Shown here: positions 8,117 to 18,773 of the stretch, piece after piece
How positions within the stretch are numbered: position 1 is the first letter of the stretch
How the letters are laid out: each line of letters starts with the position of its first letter
Source of the DNA: Treponemataceae bacterium
GTDB lineage: Bacteria; Spirochaetota; Spirochaetia; Treponematales; Rectinemataceae
Direction of reading: 5' to 3'
Assembly (NCBI GenBank): GCA_963667725.2
Contig: CAXXHO010000003.1
Span: forward strand, 352,001-416,000
DNA: 64,000 bases
Translations under genes and position numbers: made by a program
Notes under the pieces: model-generated
The model's input: the letters and a program-made list of their open reading frames with translations, nothing else
Told to the model about the DNA's origin: nothing
Database searches by the model: none

Positions 8117-9718
8117 CTATGCAGCTAGTTTGCGCCTGATTGAGTAAAAACGTTCCCGAGCATGACCTGTCTCGTAGGTAATATCATACCCATCGGAGTT
8201 CCCAACCATTTTTGACCACTTCTGCGCAAACCAATTCGCATTGTACCGATATGACAGTTGCTGACTCTTCATATACTCAGCAAAATACTTTGCAAGGGCA
8301 TTTGCCTTGTACTTCTCAGACTCAAGGGATGGGCTGAAACGTTCATAAAGGTAGTCAACAAAGCCTTGGAAGTTCGACATTTCGCTATCAAAAGACTTGT
8401 CTTCTTGTGAAAGGCTAAAGTCAAAGCAGTCAACCTCTGGATAGAAGATGGAAAGGAGTTTAGAAATTTGATATGACCAAGCTTCAAACTTTACTGCTGG
8501 ATGGACAACCTGAGTATGTGATTCATCCCCTCTTTCTGCCAACAGTTTTAACCCTGCAAAGATATCAGCAAGAACTCCCTCTCTCGCCTTAAGCAACTCC
8601 TCCAGTTTCTTCATCACCTCCGCACCATCCCCTTCCTTCATCAACCCCCTATCTTTCATCCTTATCACTACCAGCCGAGCTAAAAGATCTTCATTAATTG
8701 ATTCCTCAGTATTAAACGTCGCAAGGTACACCTTGTTATTAGGAGCCTTGAGATGTGCTTGGAGGAAGAACCATGCCTTGATGGTTGGATCGGTAATAGA
8801 TCGAGATATCCGAGTAAGCTTTTGGGGATTAGGCTTTACTATATTGTCAAAGAGGGCAAAGCGGTTCGAGAGGCCGGGAATGCCATTAACAATAGCATCG
8901 TCTTTTCCATCCCCTTCCATGTTAAGTGGCATGAAGCCTTGCACTATATGACTAGCATATTCAGCAACAGTCGTCTTCCCTGCTGATCGTGATGGAGCTA
9001 CGATCCCAAACAAAGGCCTTTTGCCATCATAGTATCGGGTAAGGAATGGTGACAGCAGTGCGGCTGCTAGCCTGTACTCATCTTTTATGGAGGCAGTTGT
9101 GAATGTACTCATTAGCTTCCTGAATTCGCCTGTGAACTGGCATGCATCCCCTTCGAATCGATCCTGACAGTTGCCAAGGTAGAAGGTCTGTGGGTCTTGG
9201 ACAATCTCCGGGACACAAGAGAATCGATTTATGGTCTTGGCATTCATCTTCAGGAACTCGAAGTACTTTAGTTCGGTAATTGGCATACCTGACTTGAATT
9301 CAAGGAGGAATCCCTTATTGCTGAGCCAAGGATGCATCTGGTTGAGATTCTTGAAGAAAGTACTGGGGTCATTACTATCCATGAGGTAGCGATGCCCTGA
9401 GCTGTCTTGAAAGGCCATAAGGAAAGGGAGAGGGGCTTTCATGTCATCTGTATAGTCAGTGAAGGCAGTCTGTTCAGTCTTGATCGTCGTTTTCGAGCTG
9501 TCCTTTTTATCAGGGGAGAGCCGGAAATCTTTTCTATAGTTTCGAATTATCAACTTCCCAGAATCAGTGCGGTTACTTTCCGGCTCCTGATGCTCGTCGG
9601 CTTCATCTGGGGCTAGGTCTTGTTCTGGTGCATCAGGCGTCTTTTGCATAGTTGGCTGTATTGCATCGCTACACTGAACGTCATTAGAACGTTCACCCCC
9701 ATCATTTTTTTCATTCAT
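8117..9718 (-). CDS. Mobile-element P-loop NTPase, SF3/D5-like replication helicase candidate
   Basis: 533 aa with a Walker A-like APSRSAGKT, Walker B FALFDN, motif-C-like LATFN and RBS AGGAG; position typical of pri/rep in integrative elements. Confidence 0.65.
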   Translation of the reverse strand: MNEKNDGGERSNDVQCSDAIQPTMQKTPDAPEQDLAPDEADEHQEPESNRTDSGKLIIRNYRKDFRLSPDKKDSSKTTIKTEQTAFTDYTDDMKAPLPFLMAFQDSSGHRYLMDSNDPSTFFKNLNQMHPWLSNKGFLLEFKSGMPITELKYFEFLKMNAKTINRFSCVPEIVQDPQTFYLGNCQDRFEGDACQFTGEFRKLMSTFTTASIKDEYRLAAALLSPFLTRYYDGKRPLFGIVAPSRSAGKTTVAEYASHIVQGFMPLNMEGDGKDDAIVNGIPGLSNRFALFDNIVKPNPQKLTRISRSITDPTIKAWFFLQAHLKAPNNKVYLATFNTEESINEDLLARLVVIRMKDRGLMKEGDGAEVMKKLEELLKAREGVLADIFAGLKLLAERGDESHTQVVHPAVKFEAWSYQISKLLSIFYPEVDCFDFSLSQEDKSFDSEMSNFQGFVDYLYERFSPSLESEKYKANALAKYFAEYMKSQQLSYRYNANWFAQKWSKMVGNSDGYDITYETGHARERFYSIRRKLAA

Positions 9719-10424
9719 TTTGAACTCCTTTGTGTGTTTACACTGATTTATCCTTTTTGTAGTGCATATAATTGGCGGTGGCTTGGGATTTTAGTACATT
9801 TACCCAGTCGCCTTCTGATACACTTACCTCACCAAACATAGTAAATCTCATAAATCTCGTCAACTGGTTTATGCATAAAATATACAAATATCTCTCATGC
9901 CCAGTGAGAAATAAAAAGAAAATAATCATAGTTATTTATATTTATACAATAATTAAAATCCCTATCTTATTATAGCAAAGCAGTAAATAAATATGCATAT
10001 TGAATGCATGATTATGCATTAATGTGATTTTATCGGAACAAAAATATTTTGCTGAAAAGATTGGAATATGGAGATCATTACTGTGGGGAGGTGTCATAAA
10101 ACCGATTACTGTTTACATGAATATACCGCATATAATAACATATATATGTATATGGTGTATTTGATGTATTTTGTTAACACATAAGAAATTTGAGGAAGGT
10201 TTCACAATACTTGGGGGAAAAATATCTAGTTAAAGAAAATAAATGTTTCTAAGCATAGAAACATAGGCTATATAATATGAACTTTCACAGGAAAGAATTC
10301 ATATCGGATTTGGCGTGAGGGCGAGACAGGAAATTGAACCTTTTGATTTATTTTTCTTTTAAAGGCCTGCTAAGGCTTATAATGATAAAATAATAATAAA
10401 AATAAATATTGACAGTTATGGTAA

Positions 10425-10464
10425 ACTAATACGGATTACTCTGAGATGTGTAATCCGTATTAGT
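10425..10464. terminator. 15-bp perfect inverted repeat downstream of the xis-like gene
   Basis: ACTAATACGGATTAC-N10-GTAATCCGTATTAGT; could be a terminator or an operator. Confidence 0.5.
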
Positions 10465-10503
10465 AGGTTTCAGTCACCTGTGCAAACTATAATAAAATAT
10501 TTC

Positions 10504-10758
10504 TCAGTTATTGATAGGTATTAGATTTTCATCAGTAAGGGTAAGCCAGTTAATAACAGTTGCCCTGCTGTACTTTTTCCTTCCTCCGATCTTCGCTTCA
10601 GACTTTCCACCGTTTGGCTGTAAATAGGTTTTATTACATGAAGTTTTGTAGTTCAGTCCTTTTAGCGTACAAGCCTCCTCAAGGGAGAACCATTGTTTTG
10701 GTGGGATGAACGCCTGATCCATAGGGAGTGAAGTACTATTTTCTAATTTTTCTTGCAT
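10504..10758 (-). CDS. Small HTH DNA-binding protein (excisionase/AlpA-like)
   Basis: 84 aa with the pattern WFSLEEAC...GRKKYSRATVINWL and RBS GGAG; immediately downstream of the integrase. Confidence 0.65.
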   Translation of the reverse strand: MQEKLENSTSLPMDQAFIPPKQWFSLEEACTLKGLNYKTSCNKTYLQPNGGKSEAKIGGRKKYSRATVINWLTLTDENLIPINN

Positions 10759-10823
10759 AAAATGATCTCCATACTTATATAGTTAAATGCTTGAAAACTT
10801 TACTCCCAGAGATTCCTGAGGAT

Positions 10824-12212
10824 TTAACTAATTAAGCTGATAGGAATTGTTCCATTTCCCCCCTTGAGCTGGGTGCTCTGCTCTTCTGGAAAAATGAAGG
10901 GAAGCAGTTTTGTCCTGAATATTTTGCGATACAGCTCCCCTTGTTCAGGTGTAACATGATAATAATAATCTGTCATCTCTTCTGAAGAATGGCCAATTGA
11001 TTGCCTCAATACTTCATCAGGCATTTCTCCTCGATACTCTGAATTATTAAGATGCCGCCATGCATGGAAATCTAAATCGCGTCTTTGTTGCTCCTTTCGG
11101 CTAATACCAATAGTCTCAAGTACTTTTCGCAAATGATCAAGAAATAAGTCTGGATTCATAGGACAGTCCTTATTATTGATATCCCAAAAGATAAAATTGT
11201 TTTTATGGGGGTTTTGAGAGTATAGCCATTTCAGTCGATTAAGTAGTATCAAATCGGTATATACTACTCGTGATTTTTTATTTTTCGTTGTCTTTAGCTC
11301 TTGCTCTTGACGTTCCCAATTATGCCTGATAAAGAGACGCACACCATTGAAGTCAAGGTCTTGAATTTGCAGTGCAGCCACTTCCCCTGCACGCAACCCA
11401 TGACTTGCCGCTATCTGTGATGCAAGCTTAGATCGCTCATCTGGCCAATCTGCCGCTAAGACTTTTTTCATCTCATCCAGAGTAAGTATCTCCCTATGTT
11501 TTGTTGAAAGAGCGAGTTTCCGCATGTTAGCTGAAGGGTTTTCATGGATGATCCCCAACCTTGTAGCTTCACCTAATGGTGTGGTGACACATCCGAGAAT
11601 TGTATTGATTGTTCGTGGCTTCAACCCTTTAGGGTTAGAGGGGGAATATCGAGGGAGTTGATTTTTGAACTCCTCAAGGCTAACCGTGGTTATTGATCGT
11701 ATACGCATCTCTTTGAGGAATGGCTTTGCATATCGTTCGATGTAAGCTTTATTAGCTCTACAATATTGCTTTCCAATACTCTGGCCGCTCTCCCGCTTGT
11801 CCCGAATGTAGGGGGACGTGTCCCAGTCCCAAAATGCTAGAAGGTACTCTAAAAAGACTGGATTAGCTCTATTCATATCGACTCCTGACAATACAAGTGA
11901 TGTCTTAGAAAGGAGGTCATCGACCGATAGAACTTGTCCGGCTTCTATTATACCTTTCCCTAGAAGAAAGCGCGTTAGGTAAGTCTTAACCTGTCCGTCA
12001 GTAATGATATTGGTTTTTTCTGGTTTGGGAGGGAGGCCTCCATAGGAGGTTAGCCAACTCTGTGCCATTCGCTCAGCATCACGTTTATTTGTTTTTCCGG
12101 TAGAGTGGCCGGGCAAGTAGCAATGAAGTTCTTTATCCCAAAATTGAACATAGATATAAGGGGAGTCATCTCGCGTATAGAGAGAGTAAAAATTGTGTAC
12201 AGTGTTTTCCAT
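10824..12212 (-). CDS. Tyrosine recombinase (phage-type integrase)
   Basis: Catalytic set GLRAGE (R), TKNKK (K), FHAWRH (HxxR), IGHS and Y. Start placed at the ATG at 12212 with RBS AAGGA. Adjacent to the tRNA-Ala 3' end and lacks the IntI-specific insertion. Confidence 0.93.
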   Translation of the reverse strand: MENTVHNFYSLYTRDDSPYIYVQFWDKELHCYLPGHSTGKTNKRDAERMAQSWLTSYGGLPPKPEKTNIITDGQVKTYLTRFLLGKGIIEAGQVLSVDDLLSKTSLVLSGVDMNRANPVFLEYLLAFWDWDTSPYIRDKRESGQSIGKQYCRANKAYIERYAKPFLKEMRIRSITTVSLEEFKNQLPRYSPSNPKGLKPRTINTILGCVTTPLGEATRLGIIHENPSANMRKLALSTKHREILTLDEMKKVLAADWPDERSKLASQIAASHGLRAGEVAALQIQDLDFNGVRLFIRHNWERQEQELKTTKNKKSRVVYTDLILLNRLKWLYSQNPHKNNFIFWDINNKDCPMNPDLFLDHLRKVLETIGISRKEQQRRDLDFHAWRHLNNSEYRGEMPDEVLRQSIGHSSEEMTDYYYHVTPEQGELYRKIFRTKLLPFIFPEEQSTQLKGGNGTIPISLIS

Positions 12213-12228
12213 AACTATCCTTTGCAAG

Positions 12229-12252
12229 GTGACTCTTACAGTCACTCTTACA
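12229..12252. repeat. 12-bp tandem repeat, candidate arm-type integrase binding sites
   Basis: GTGACTCTTACA followed by GTCACTCTTACA, between the integrase start and the tRNA. Confidence 0.55.
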
Positions 12253-12344
12253 GCTAGATAGTTACAGGAAGAAAAACATTGCTTTCAAAATCAGTAGGTT
12301 TTCGTAAACCTTTATAGTATAAAAACTTACGAAGAAAAAAATAG

Positions 12345-12417
12345 TGGAGAATAGGGGATTCGAACCCCTGACCTATAGATTGCGAACCTATCGCTCTACC
12401 AACTGAGCTAATTCCCC
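12345..12417 (-). tRNA. tRNA-Ala(CGC)
   Basis: GGGGAATTAGCTCAGTTGGTAGAGCGATAGGTTCGCAATCTATAGGTCAGGGGTTCGAATCCCCTATTCTCCA; cloverleaf with anticodon CGC, CCA tail not encoded. Confidence 0.96.
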
Positions 12418-12549
12418 AGGGCGAAGTGCCGGAAAGATGACTGTCGGCATATTTCCGGACCGAAGCCACTATAATATACAGCTGGACGGTTGATCAAGAG
12501 CTTTTTCTTGAACAGCGTCCCCCGGAGCCGTTCGTCGCGTTCAAATCAT

Positions 12550-13017
12550 CTAAATCCGGTATTTTTTCGTCAGCCCTGCCAGGAAATTCCGCAGAAACTG
12601 GTCGCCGCAAAGGCGAAAATTTTCCTGGTCCTTTTTCCTGAACAGCGCGTTGATCTCTGATTTGGATGCCTCGACGTCGGCCAAACGCAATATGGCCACA
12701 ATATCATCGTCCCGCAGCTGGAGAGCGATGCGAATCGCCTTCAGCACATCGTTGTTCGTCGGATTCCTCATCCATTCCTGGCTCGCCGGCGCAGCGCCTT
12801 CCTTTCGGCCGCGCCTGCTTGTCACAAGACCATCAAGAAAAGCCCCGAGGGTTGGGCCATCGCACTCGCGAAATCCCTCATCATCTTCCTTGAGGAAAAA
12901 TGGGCGAAGTTCTTCCGCCGACATAGGTTTCCCGGCGAGGGTGAAAAGTTCAACGAGCTTGAGGTCGGTAATATTGAGGGCATATCGCAGCCGTATCAGG
13001 ATATCGCTGTTGATCAT
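12550..13017 (-). CDS. DUF1456 (YehS-like) family protein
   Basis: MINSDILIRLRYAL...FLDGL...NNDVLKAIRIAL...CGDQFLRNFL duplicated-domain pattern; start moved to the internal Met. Confidence 0.85.
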   Translation of the reverse strand: MINSDILIRLRYALNITDLKLVELFTLAGKPMSAEELRPFFLKEDDEGFRECDGPTLGAFLDGLVTSRRGRKEGAAPASQEWMRNPTNNDVLKAIRIALQLRDDDIVAILRLADVEASKSEINALFRKKDQENFRLCGDQFLRNFLAGLTKKYRI

Positions 13018-13332
13018 GCCCTGAATCATGAACCACTTTTCCGTTCTTGCGCAAGACCGCGCTTTTTGGCCCATCTCTTTTCGGCAGATAGGCGGATAGC
13101 CCTTTCTGCTCCAGTTTCCGCGCTAAAGCAAAATAGTATCGAGACGATTTTCAAAATTATTGAGCAAGTAGTTTGCGTAGAATTTTTCGCTTGGTACTAT
13201 TTTACTCGTGTAGTCCCTAATAGCTGCTAAATTACATTGTAATTTTTAAATTTCCTTGACAATAGCTAGAAACTAGCGACTAATTGAAGTTAGCTGACAC
13301 CTAAGTGAGCTTTCAAAATACAGGAGAGAACG

Positions 13333-14829
13333 ATGAAAAGAATTTTATCGCTGATCTTAGCTTTAGTTCTCCTCGGCAGCGGATTTGTATTCGCTAGTGG
13401 GATTCCCAATCATAAAGCGGAGTTGGTAATTGGCTCGGCTGCTGATATCAACAACCTTGATCCCCAAGGCCAATCAGACCAGATAAATAACATTGTCCTG
13501 AAACTTACCCATCAGACACTGGTTTTTTTCACCAACGAGGCAACCTTTGAACCCTCTTTGGCTACAAGCTGGGAGTTCAGAGATGATACCCACGTCGTCT
13601 TTCACCTGGTAAAGAATGCCAAATTCAGCGATGGTAGCCCCCTTACTGCTGATGATGTGAAATTTACTATCGATATGGCGATGAAGAGTTATGTGGCAAA
13701 CAGCCTAACCGGACTCATTAGTACCTCGGTAATCGACCCCTATACTATCGAGATGAAAACCACATCCTATAACAACGAGTTTGTACAGACTTTCGCAAGC
13801 GTGTCTTTTGCGATTCTTTCCAAGAAAGCCTATGCGAGCGGTATGAAACAACCGTATCTGGTAGGTTCCGGACCTTATAAGTTTGATAAATGGGTTCAGG
13901 GAGAATATGTCAGAGTTGTTAAGAATCCGAACTACTGGGGCACCAATCCCGGCGTAAGCGATGCGATTGTCTTTAAACCGATCATTGAAGATTCTTCCCG
14001 CGTAATTGCCCTCCAGACCGGTGAGATTGATGTATGCATCAATCCCCCTATTAACGAGTTGCCCTTCCTTCAGAAAGACAAGAACATCACCGTGTTCGAG
14101 AGGCCAGGCAGTCGATTATTTTATTTCGCTTTCAATGTTGCCAAAGCTCCCTGGAACAACCAAAAGCTTCGCCAGGCAGTAGCGTGCGCTATCGACCGGA
14201 AAAGTGTGCTCGAGGTTGCCGTATCTGGAAAAGGTACTCCGCAGAAAACCATTCTCAACAGAGGACTCTGGGGTTTCTATGATGAGATGCCAGGATTCAA
14301 CTACGACGTGGCTCGCGCAAAGAAACTCATGGCAGAAGCCGGCTATCCTAATGGCGGTATCCGAACTTCACTGCTGATTGCCAATAGCAGCCCATACACA
14401 GGCATCGCTCAGGTAATCCAGGCTAATCTGAAAGCCATAGGGATAACCGTGGACATTCAGACTGTAGACGATGCAACCCTGAAGGCTACTTCCAAGAGCG
14501 GCACCCAAGAACTCTACCTGTGGCGCTGGAATGAGGACTCAATGGTAGACTTCGTTTATCGCGACTTGTTCTATTCCGGCTCGGGAAGCAATTACCACCA
14601 TTACAGCGACAAAAAAGCCGACGCTTTGATCGATATGGTTGCTACGGAGAAAGACAAGGCCAAACGTCTACAAGCCGGTATTGATCTTCAGAAGTATCTG
14701 GTTGAAGCCTGCCCACAGGTGCCTCTTTACATCGCTAACCTGGTAATTGCCTATAACAAGAACCTTAAGGGTGAGTATCTTTTTGGTGGCGGAAATCACG
14801 ACTGGAAAAACGCTTACATTGCAAAGTAA
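13333..14829 (+). CDS. Peptide/nickel ABC transporter substrate-binding protein (family 5)
   Basis: Signal peptide and LATSW, FSDGSPLTADDVKFT, GSGPYKF, NPNYWG motifs. Confidence 0.93.
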   Translation: MKRILSLILALVLLGSGFVFASGIPNHKAELVIGSAADINNLDPQGQSDQINNIVLKLTHQTLVFFTNEATFEPSLATSWEFRDDTHVVFHLVKNAKFSDGSPLTADDVKFTIDMAMKSYVANSLTGLISTSVIDPYTIEMKTTSYNNEFVQTFASVSFAILSKKAYASGMKQPYLVGSGPYKFDKWVQGEYVRVVKNPNYWGTNPGVSDAIVFKPIIEDSSRVIALQTGEIDVCINPPINELPFLQKDKNITVFERPGSRLFYFAFNVAKAPWNNQKLRQAVACAIDRKSVLEVAVSGKGTPQKTILNRGLWGFYDEMPGFNYDVARAKKLMAEAGYPNGGIRTSLLIANSSPYTGIAQVIQANLKAIGITVDIQTVDDATLKATSKSGTQELYLWRWNEDSMVDFVYRDLFYSGSGSNYHHYSDKKADALIDMVATEKDKAKRLQAGIDLQKYLVEACPQVPLYIANLVIAYNKNLKGEYLFGGGNHDWKNAYIAK

Positions 14830-14857
14830 TTTTTTCTGGTGAATACTTGCTTTTCAA

Positions 14858-14892
14858 CGGTACCAAGTGCGGATTTATCGCACTTGGTACCG
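14858..14892 (+). terminator. Intercistronic stem-loop after the SBP gene
   Basis: CGGTACCAAGTGCG-N7-CGCACTTGGTACCG, 14-bp perfect stem. Confidence 0.65.
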
Positions 14893-14924
14893 ATTTAATT
14901 CCCCCCGTTTGAGGAGTATCCCTC

Positions 14925-15860
14925 ATGTTTCGTTATATTCTGAAACGCTTATTATTGATGATTCCGGTTATCCTTGTTACCAGCCTCGTCATCTATTTTG
15001 CCATGAGCCTTACTGGCGGTGACCCAGCGATATACTTAGCTCCTGAAAACGCATCGGATGCTCAGATCCAACAAATACGAGTGGATTTGGGGCTGACGGA
15101 AAGTTTTCCGATCAGATACTTGAAGTATATGACCGGAATGTTCCGAGGTAATATGGGAACCTCCTATGTCACCAAGCGGGATGTTTTCAATACTTTCATG
15201 ACTCGCCTTCCCAATACGCTCCAGCTTGCGGGGGCTTCGGTTCTCATCGCCACGCTCATAGCGATTCCCCTTGGCATCTACACTGCCATTCACCAGAATA
15301 CTTGGAAAGATACCGCTGGGATGATTTTTGCACTCTTTGGCGTTTCTATGCCGAACTTCTGGCTTGGCCTTATGCTCATTATTTTATTTTCTCTGAAATT
15401 AGGATGGTTGCCCTCAGGCGGCAAGACCGGGCTTTTAAGCCTGGTCTTGCCGGCTATGACCGTGGGGCTTGGACTCGCTGCCCTGATTACCCGTACGACT
15501 CGTTCTTCGATGCTTGATGTAATCCGTGAAGATTATATCCGTACCGCAAGGGCTAAAGGCTGCTCGGAAAAGCGTGTAATACGCAAACATGCCATGGGCA
15601 ATGCCCTGATCCCCATCATTACGGTTATCGGAATGCAGCTGAGCAACGTGCTCACCGGTTCCGTTCTTGCGGAAACCGTGTTTTCCTGGCCAGGTATCGG
15701 GCGCCTGATCTTTGATTCCATTTCAAAACGCGATACGCCGATGGTGACCGGATCTATAATTCTTTGCTCCGTATTGATGGTTGCGATAAATCTATTGGTC
15801 GATGTCATATATGCGTTTTTTGATCCTCGGATCAAGGCGCAGTTTATGAGAAAGGTTTAG
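14925..15860 (+). CDS. Peptide ABC transporter permease (OppB/DppB-like)
   Basis: GDPA, SMPNFWLG and EAA loop DYIRTARAKG; hydrophobic. Confidence 0.93.
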   Translation: MFRYILKRLLLMIPVILVTSLVIYFAMSLTGGDPAIYLAPENASDAQIQQIRVDLGLTESFPIRYLKYMTGMFRGNMGTSYVTKRDVFNTFMTRLPNTLQLAGASVLIATLIAIPLGIYTAIHQNTWKDTAGMIFALFGVSMPNFWLGLMLIILFSLKLGWLPSGGKTGLLSLVLPAMTVGLGLAALITRTTRSSMLDVIREDYIRTARAKGCSEKRVIRKHAMGNALIPIITVIGMQLSNVLTGSVLAETVFSWPGIGRLIFDSISKRDTPMVTGSIILCSVLMVAINLLVDVIYAFFDPRIKAQFMRKV

Positions 15861-15864
15861 TGGT

Positions 15865-16761
15865 ATGGTTGATATATCTATAAACTCTATTTCCGGAGAA
15901 CAAGAGCTTAAGAGTCGCTCATTAGGGCAGGAAACTTTACGCCGCCTGCTCAAGAATAAAGGCGCCATAATCGGCATGCTATTCTTGCTGATACTAATTA
16001 TCGCCGCTGTCCTCAGCGGTTTTATCTATGATTATGACACAGATGTTATCTCCCAAAATATCGGCGAGCGACTTCAATGGCCTTCTAGGGCACATATTTT
16101 TGGAACCGATGAACTTGGTCGAGATATTTTTATCAGGATTCTCTATGGCGCACGGTATTCTCTGACAATTGGAAGCGGCAGCGTATTGATTGGACTGATT
16201 GTCGGCGTCATTTTTGGCTCTATTGCGGGATTTTATGGTGGGATGGTCGACCAAGTGATCATGCGAACCAATGATATCCTCTATGCGGTTCCCAATATCA
16301 TGATTGCCGTGGTTATCGTCTCATTGCTGGGCACCAGTACTTTTAATTTGCTTCTTGCTCTATGCGTTTCTGCTTCCTCGAGTTTCGTGCGTATTGCCAG
16401 GGCTTCAGTCATGACTATTCGCGGTCAAGAGTATATAGAGAGCGCCTATGCCATGGGTCTTCCTACCTGGAAAATTATCCTTAAGCATGTCATCCCTAAT
16501 AGCTTGTCGCCGATTATCGTACAGGTAACGTTGCTTATTGGAACCACCATCATTTCGGCTTCCTCTCTTTCTTTTTTGGGTATTGGCGTTCCTTCTCCCG
16601 CTCCGGAGTGGGGAGCCATGTTGTCCGCGGGCAGAAGCCAGATCCGTAATGCGAGCTATATCTGTGTTATCCCTGGGCTTGCCATTATGTTCACCGTGCT
16701 CGCGCTTAATTTGCTGGGCGATGGACTTCGTGATGCTCTCGACCCGAAATTGAAGAAGTAG
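15865..16761 (+). CDS. Peptide ABC transporter permease (OppC/DppC-like)
   Basis: [29 protein letters not shown] and [10 protein letters not shown] motifs. Confidence 0.93.
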   Translation: MVDISINSISGEQELKSRSLGQETLRRLLKNKGAIIGMLFLLILIIAAVLSGFIYDYDTDVISQNIGERLQWPSRAHIFGTDELGRDIFIRILYGARYSLTIGSGSVLIGLIVGVIFGSIAGFYGGMVDQVIMRTNDILYAVPNIMIAVVIVSLLGTSTFNLLLALCVSASSSFVRIARASVMTIRGQEYIESAYAMGLPTWKIILKHVIPNSLSPIIVQVTLLIGTTIISASSLSFLGIGVPSPAPEWGAMLSAGRSQIRNASYICVIPGLAIMFTVLALNLLGDGLRDALDPKLKK

Positions 16762-16768
16762 GCATACT

Positions 16769-17779
16769 ATGGCAGATGAAAAAATGGACTACATGCTGGA
16801 AGTCAAGGATCTCAAGGTTCAATACAATACAGATGCTGGTATTGTCTACGCTGTCAATGGACTGGACTTGTGCATTACGAGTAAAAAAACATTGGGGCTG
16901 GTTGGGGAGACAGGGGCAGGGAAAACGACGACGGCGCTATCCATACTAAACCTGGTTCCCAATCCTCCCGGGAAGATCACCAGCGGGGAGATTTTTCTTG
17001 CTGGGAAGAGTGTGCTGGGAATGAGCATCAATGAACTTGAGAAGATGCGCGGCAACGAAGTTGCGATGATTTTTCAGGACCCAATGACCGCTCTTAATCC
17101 GGTCATGACCGTAGGTGACCAGATAGCAGAATCGATCATGTTGCACAACAAAGTCAGTGAAACCGAATCGATGTCTAGGGCGAAAGAGATGCTCAGGCTC
17201 GTAGGCATCGATGAAGGTCGAATTCATGACTATCCTCATCAGTTCTCCGGGGGAATGCGCCAGAGAGTTGTCATCGCGATCGCTCTTGCCTGCCATCCCA
17301 AGTTCCTGATTGCTGATGAGCCGACCACTGCACTGGATGTGACAATTCAGGCCCAGGTACTGGAATTAATTAAGCAGCTAATTTCCAAGAGCGATATGTC
17401 AGTGTTGCTTATCACCCATGATTTAGGTGTGGTCGCTGAAATCTGCGATGAAGTTGCTGTAATGTATAGCGGAAGGATCGTGGAAAAGGGCACGACCGAC
17501 GACGTGTTCAACCATATATTGCACGTCTACACCGAAGGGTTATTCAACTCGCTGCCGAATCTCCGGGAACGGGGCGAGGAGCTGCAGCCAATCAAGGGCA
17601 TGATGCCAAATCCGATGGAAAAGATAGTTGGCTGCAGCTTCGCCCCCCGGTGTCCGTATGCCACCAAGCGCTGCCTTAGCGAAATACCGGCTTTACGCAA
17701 GATGAGCGATACACATTTTGTTGCCTGTCATGCGTATGACGATAAGACCTTTACGCTAAAAGGGAATATAAATGGCTGA
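16769..17779 (+). CDS. Peptide ABC transporter ATP-binding protein (OppD-like)
   Basis: [25 protein letters not shown] and a C-terminal Cys cluster. Confidence 0.93.
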   Translation: MADEKMDYMLEVKDLKVQYNTDAGIVYAVNGLDLCITSKKTLGLVGETGAGKTTTALSILNLVPNPPGKITSGEIFLAGKSVLGMSINELEKMRGNEVAMIFQDPMTALNPVMTVGDQIAESIMLHNKVSETESMSRAKEMLRLVGIDEGRIHDYPHQFSGGMRQRVVIAIALACHPKFLIADEPTTALDVTIQAQVLELIKQLISKSDMSVLLITHDLGVVAEICDEVAVMYSGRIVEKGTTDDVFNHILHVYTEGLFNSLPNLRERGEELQPIKGMMPNPMEKIVGCSFAPRCPYATKRCLSEIPALRKMSDTHFVACHAYDDKTFTLKGNING

Positions 17780-18773
17780 ATCACCCATCCTGAAGGTTGA
17801 GAATCTTACGAAATATTTCCATACTCCCAGAGGATTGCTGCATGCTGTGGATGATGTGAACTTTTCGATCAATAAAGGCAAGACGCTGGGAATAGTGGGG
17901 GAATCTGGTTGCGGGAAATCGACCACCGGACGCTTGATCCTCAAGCTCACTAATCCTACCCGGGGAAAGATCTTTTTTGAGGGCAATGACATCTCCGGCT
18001 ATAGCGTGTCAAAGATGCGGCCCCTTCGCAGCGAGATGCAGATGATCTTCCAAGATCCTTTCTCCTCCCTCGATCCCCGTCAAAGTGTGATGCAATTAAT
18101 AAGCGAGCCGATCATCGAATACAAGTTGCTCAGGAGCAAGCAGGAAGTAGAGAAACGTACCCTGGAATTAATGGATATCGTTGGCTTGGCAAGCCGCTAT
18201 ATGAACACTTACCCTCATGAACTCGATGGAGGCAGGCGGCAGCGTATTGGTGTTGCCCGGGCATTGGCGCTCAATCCGAAGCTGATTGTCTGCGACGAAC
18301 CCGTCTCAGCCCTGGATGTTTCGATTCAGGCCCAGATTCTAAACCTGCTCAAGAATTTGCAGAAGGATATGTTCCTAACCTATGTGTTTATTACGCACAA
18401 CTTATCGGTGGTCAAATATTTCAGCGATGATATCGCGGTCATGTACCTTGGACAATTGATTGAAAAGGCACCCTCGGAGGTCATTTTCCGACATCCAATG
18501 CATCCTTATACTAAAGCTTTACTTGCAGCTGTTCCTGTCCCGGTGGTCGGTAAGGAAAGATCAGTTCGACAGCTGATTCGAGGCGAAATTACCAGCCCTG
18601 TGAATCTCCCGGACGAATGTCGGTTCGCTAACCGCTGCGATTACTGTGCGGCGATCTGTCGTGAAAGGAATCCTCTGCTTAGGGAAGTTGAGCCGAACCA
18701 TTTTGTCGCATGCGCCAGGGTCGCCAATCCGGAGGATGCTTACCTGCTGTCTCCCGCAGCTTTGAAACCGTAG
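17772..18773 (+). CDS. Peptide ABC transporter ATP-binding protein (OppF-like)
   Basis: [25 protein letters not shown] and HPYT. Confidence 0.93.
   Translation: MAESPILKVENLTKYFHTPRGLLHAVDDVNFSINKGKTLGIVGESGCGKSTTGRLILKLTNPTRGKIFFEGNDISGYSVSKMRPLRSEMQMIFQDPFSSLDPRQSVMQLISEPIIEYKLLRSKQEVEKRTLELMDIVGLASRYMNTYPHELDGGRRQRIGVARALALNPKLIVCDEPVSALDVSIQAQILNLLKNLQKDMFLTYVFITHNLSVVKYFSDDIAVMYLGQLIEKAPSEVIFRHPMHPYTKALLAAVPVPVVGKERSVRQLIRGEITSPVNLPDECRFANRCDYCAAICRERNPLLREVEPNHFVACARVANPEDAYLLSPAALKP

Larger units (their letters stand above)
1..12345. mobile_element. Integrative, satellite-like element at tRNA-Ala(CGC); left end outside the window
   Basis: Integrase, HTH and helicase-like genes next to the tRNA 3' end, plus an abrupt switch to AT-rich DNA. 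The second att copy is not seen in the window. Confidence 0.8.

Noticed and set aside
9738..9975. Short ORFs (63-73 aa) in the AT-rich gap
   Set aside because: No RBS or motifs and low-complexity composition.
10824..12212. Integrase as the integron integrase IntI
   Set aside because: No IntI-specific insertion, a long N-terminal arm domain and a position at a tRNA 3' end indicate an element integrase.
12254..12469. 71-aa ORF over tRNA-Ala, and the 20705-20935 ORF over the att repeat
   Set aside because: Translations of tRNA sequence.
13256..13284. Promoter and operator for the peptide ABC operon (TTGACA, GCTAG-AAA-CTAGC)
   Set aside because: The -10 (ACTAAT) is poor and the palindrome short; too weak to call.
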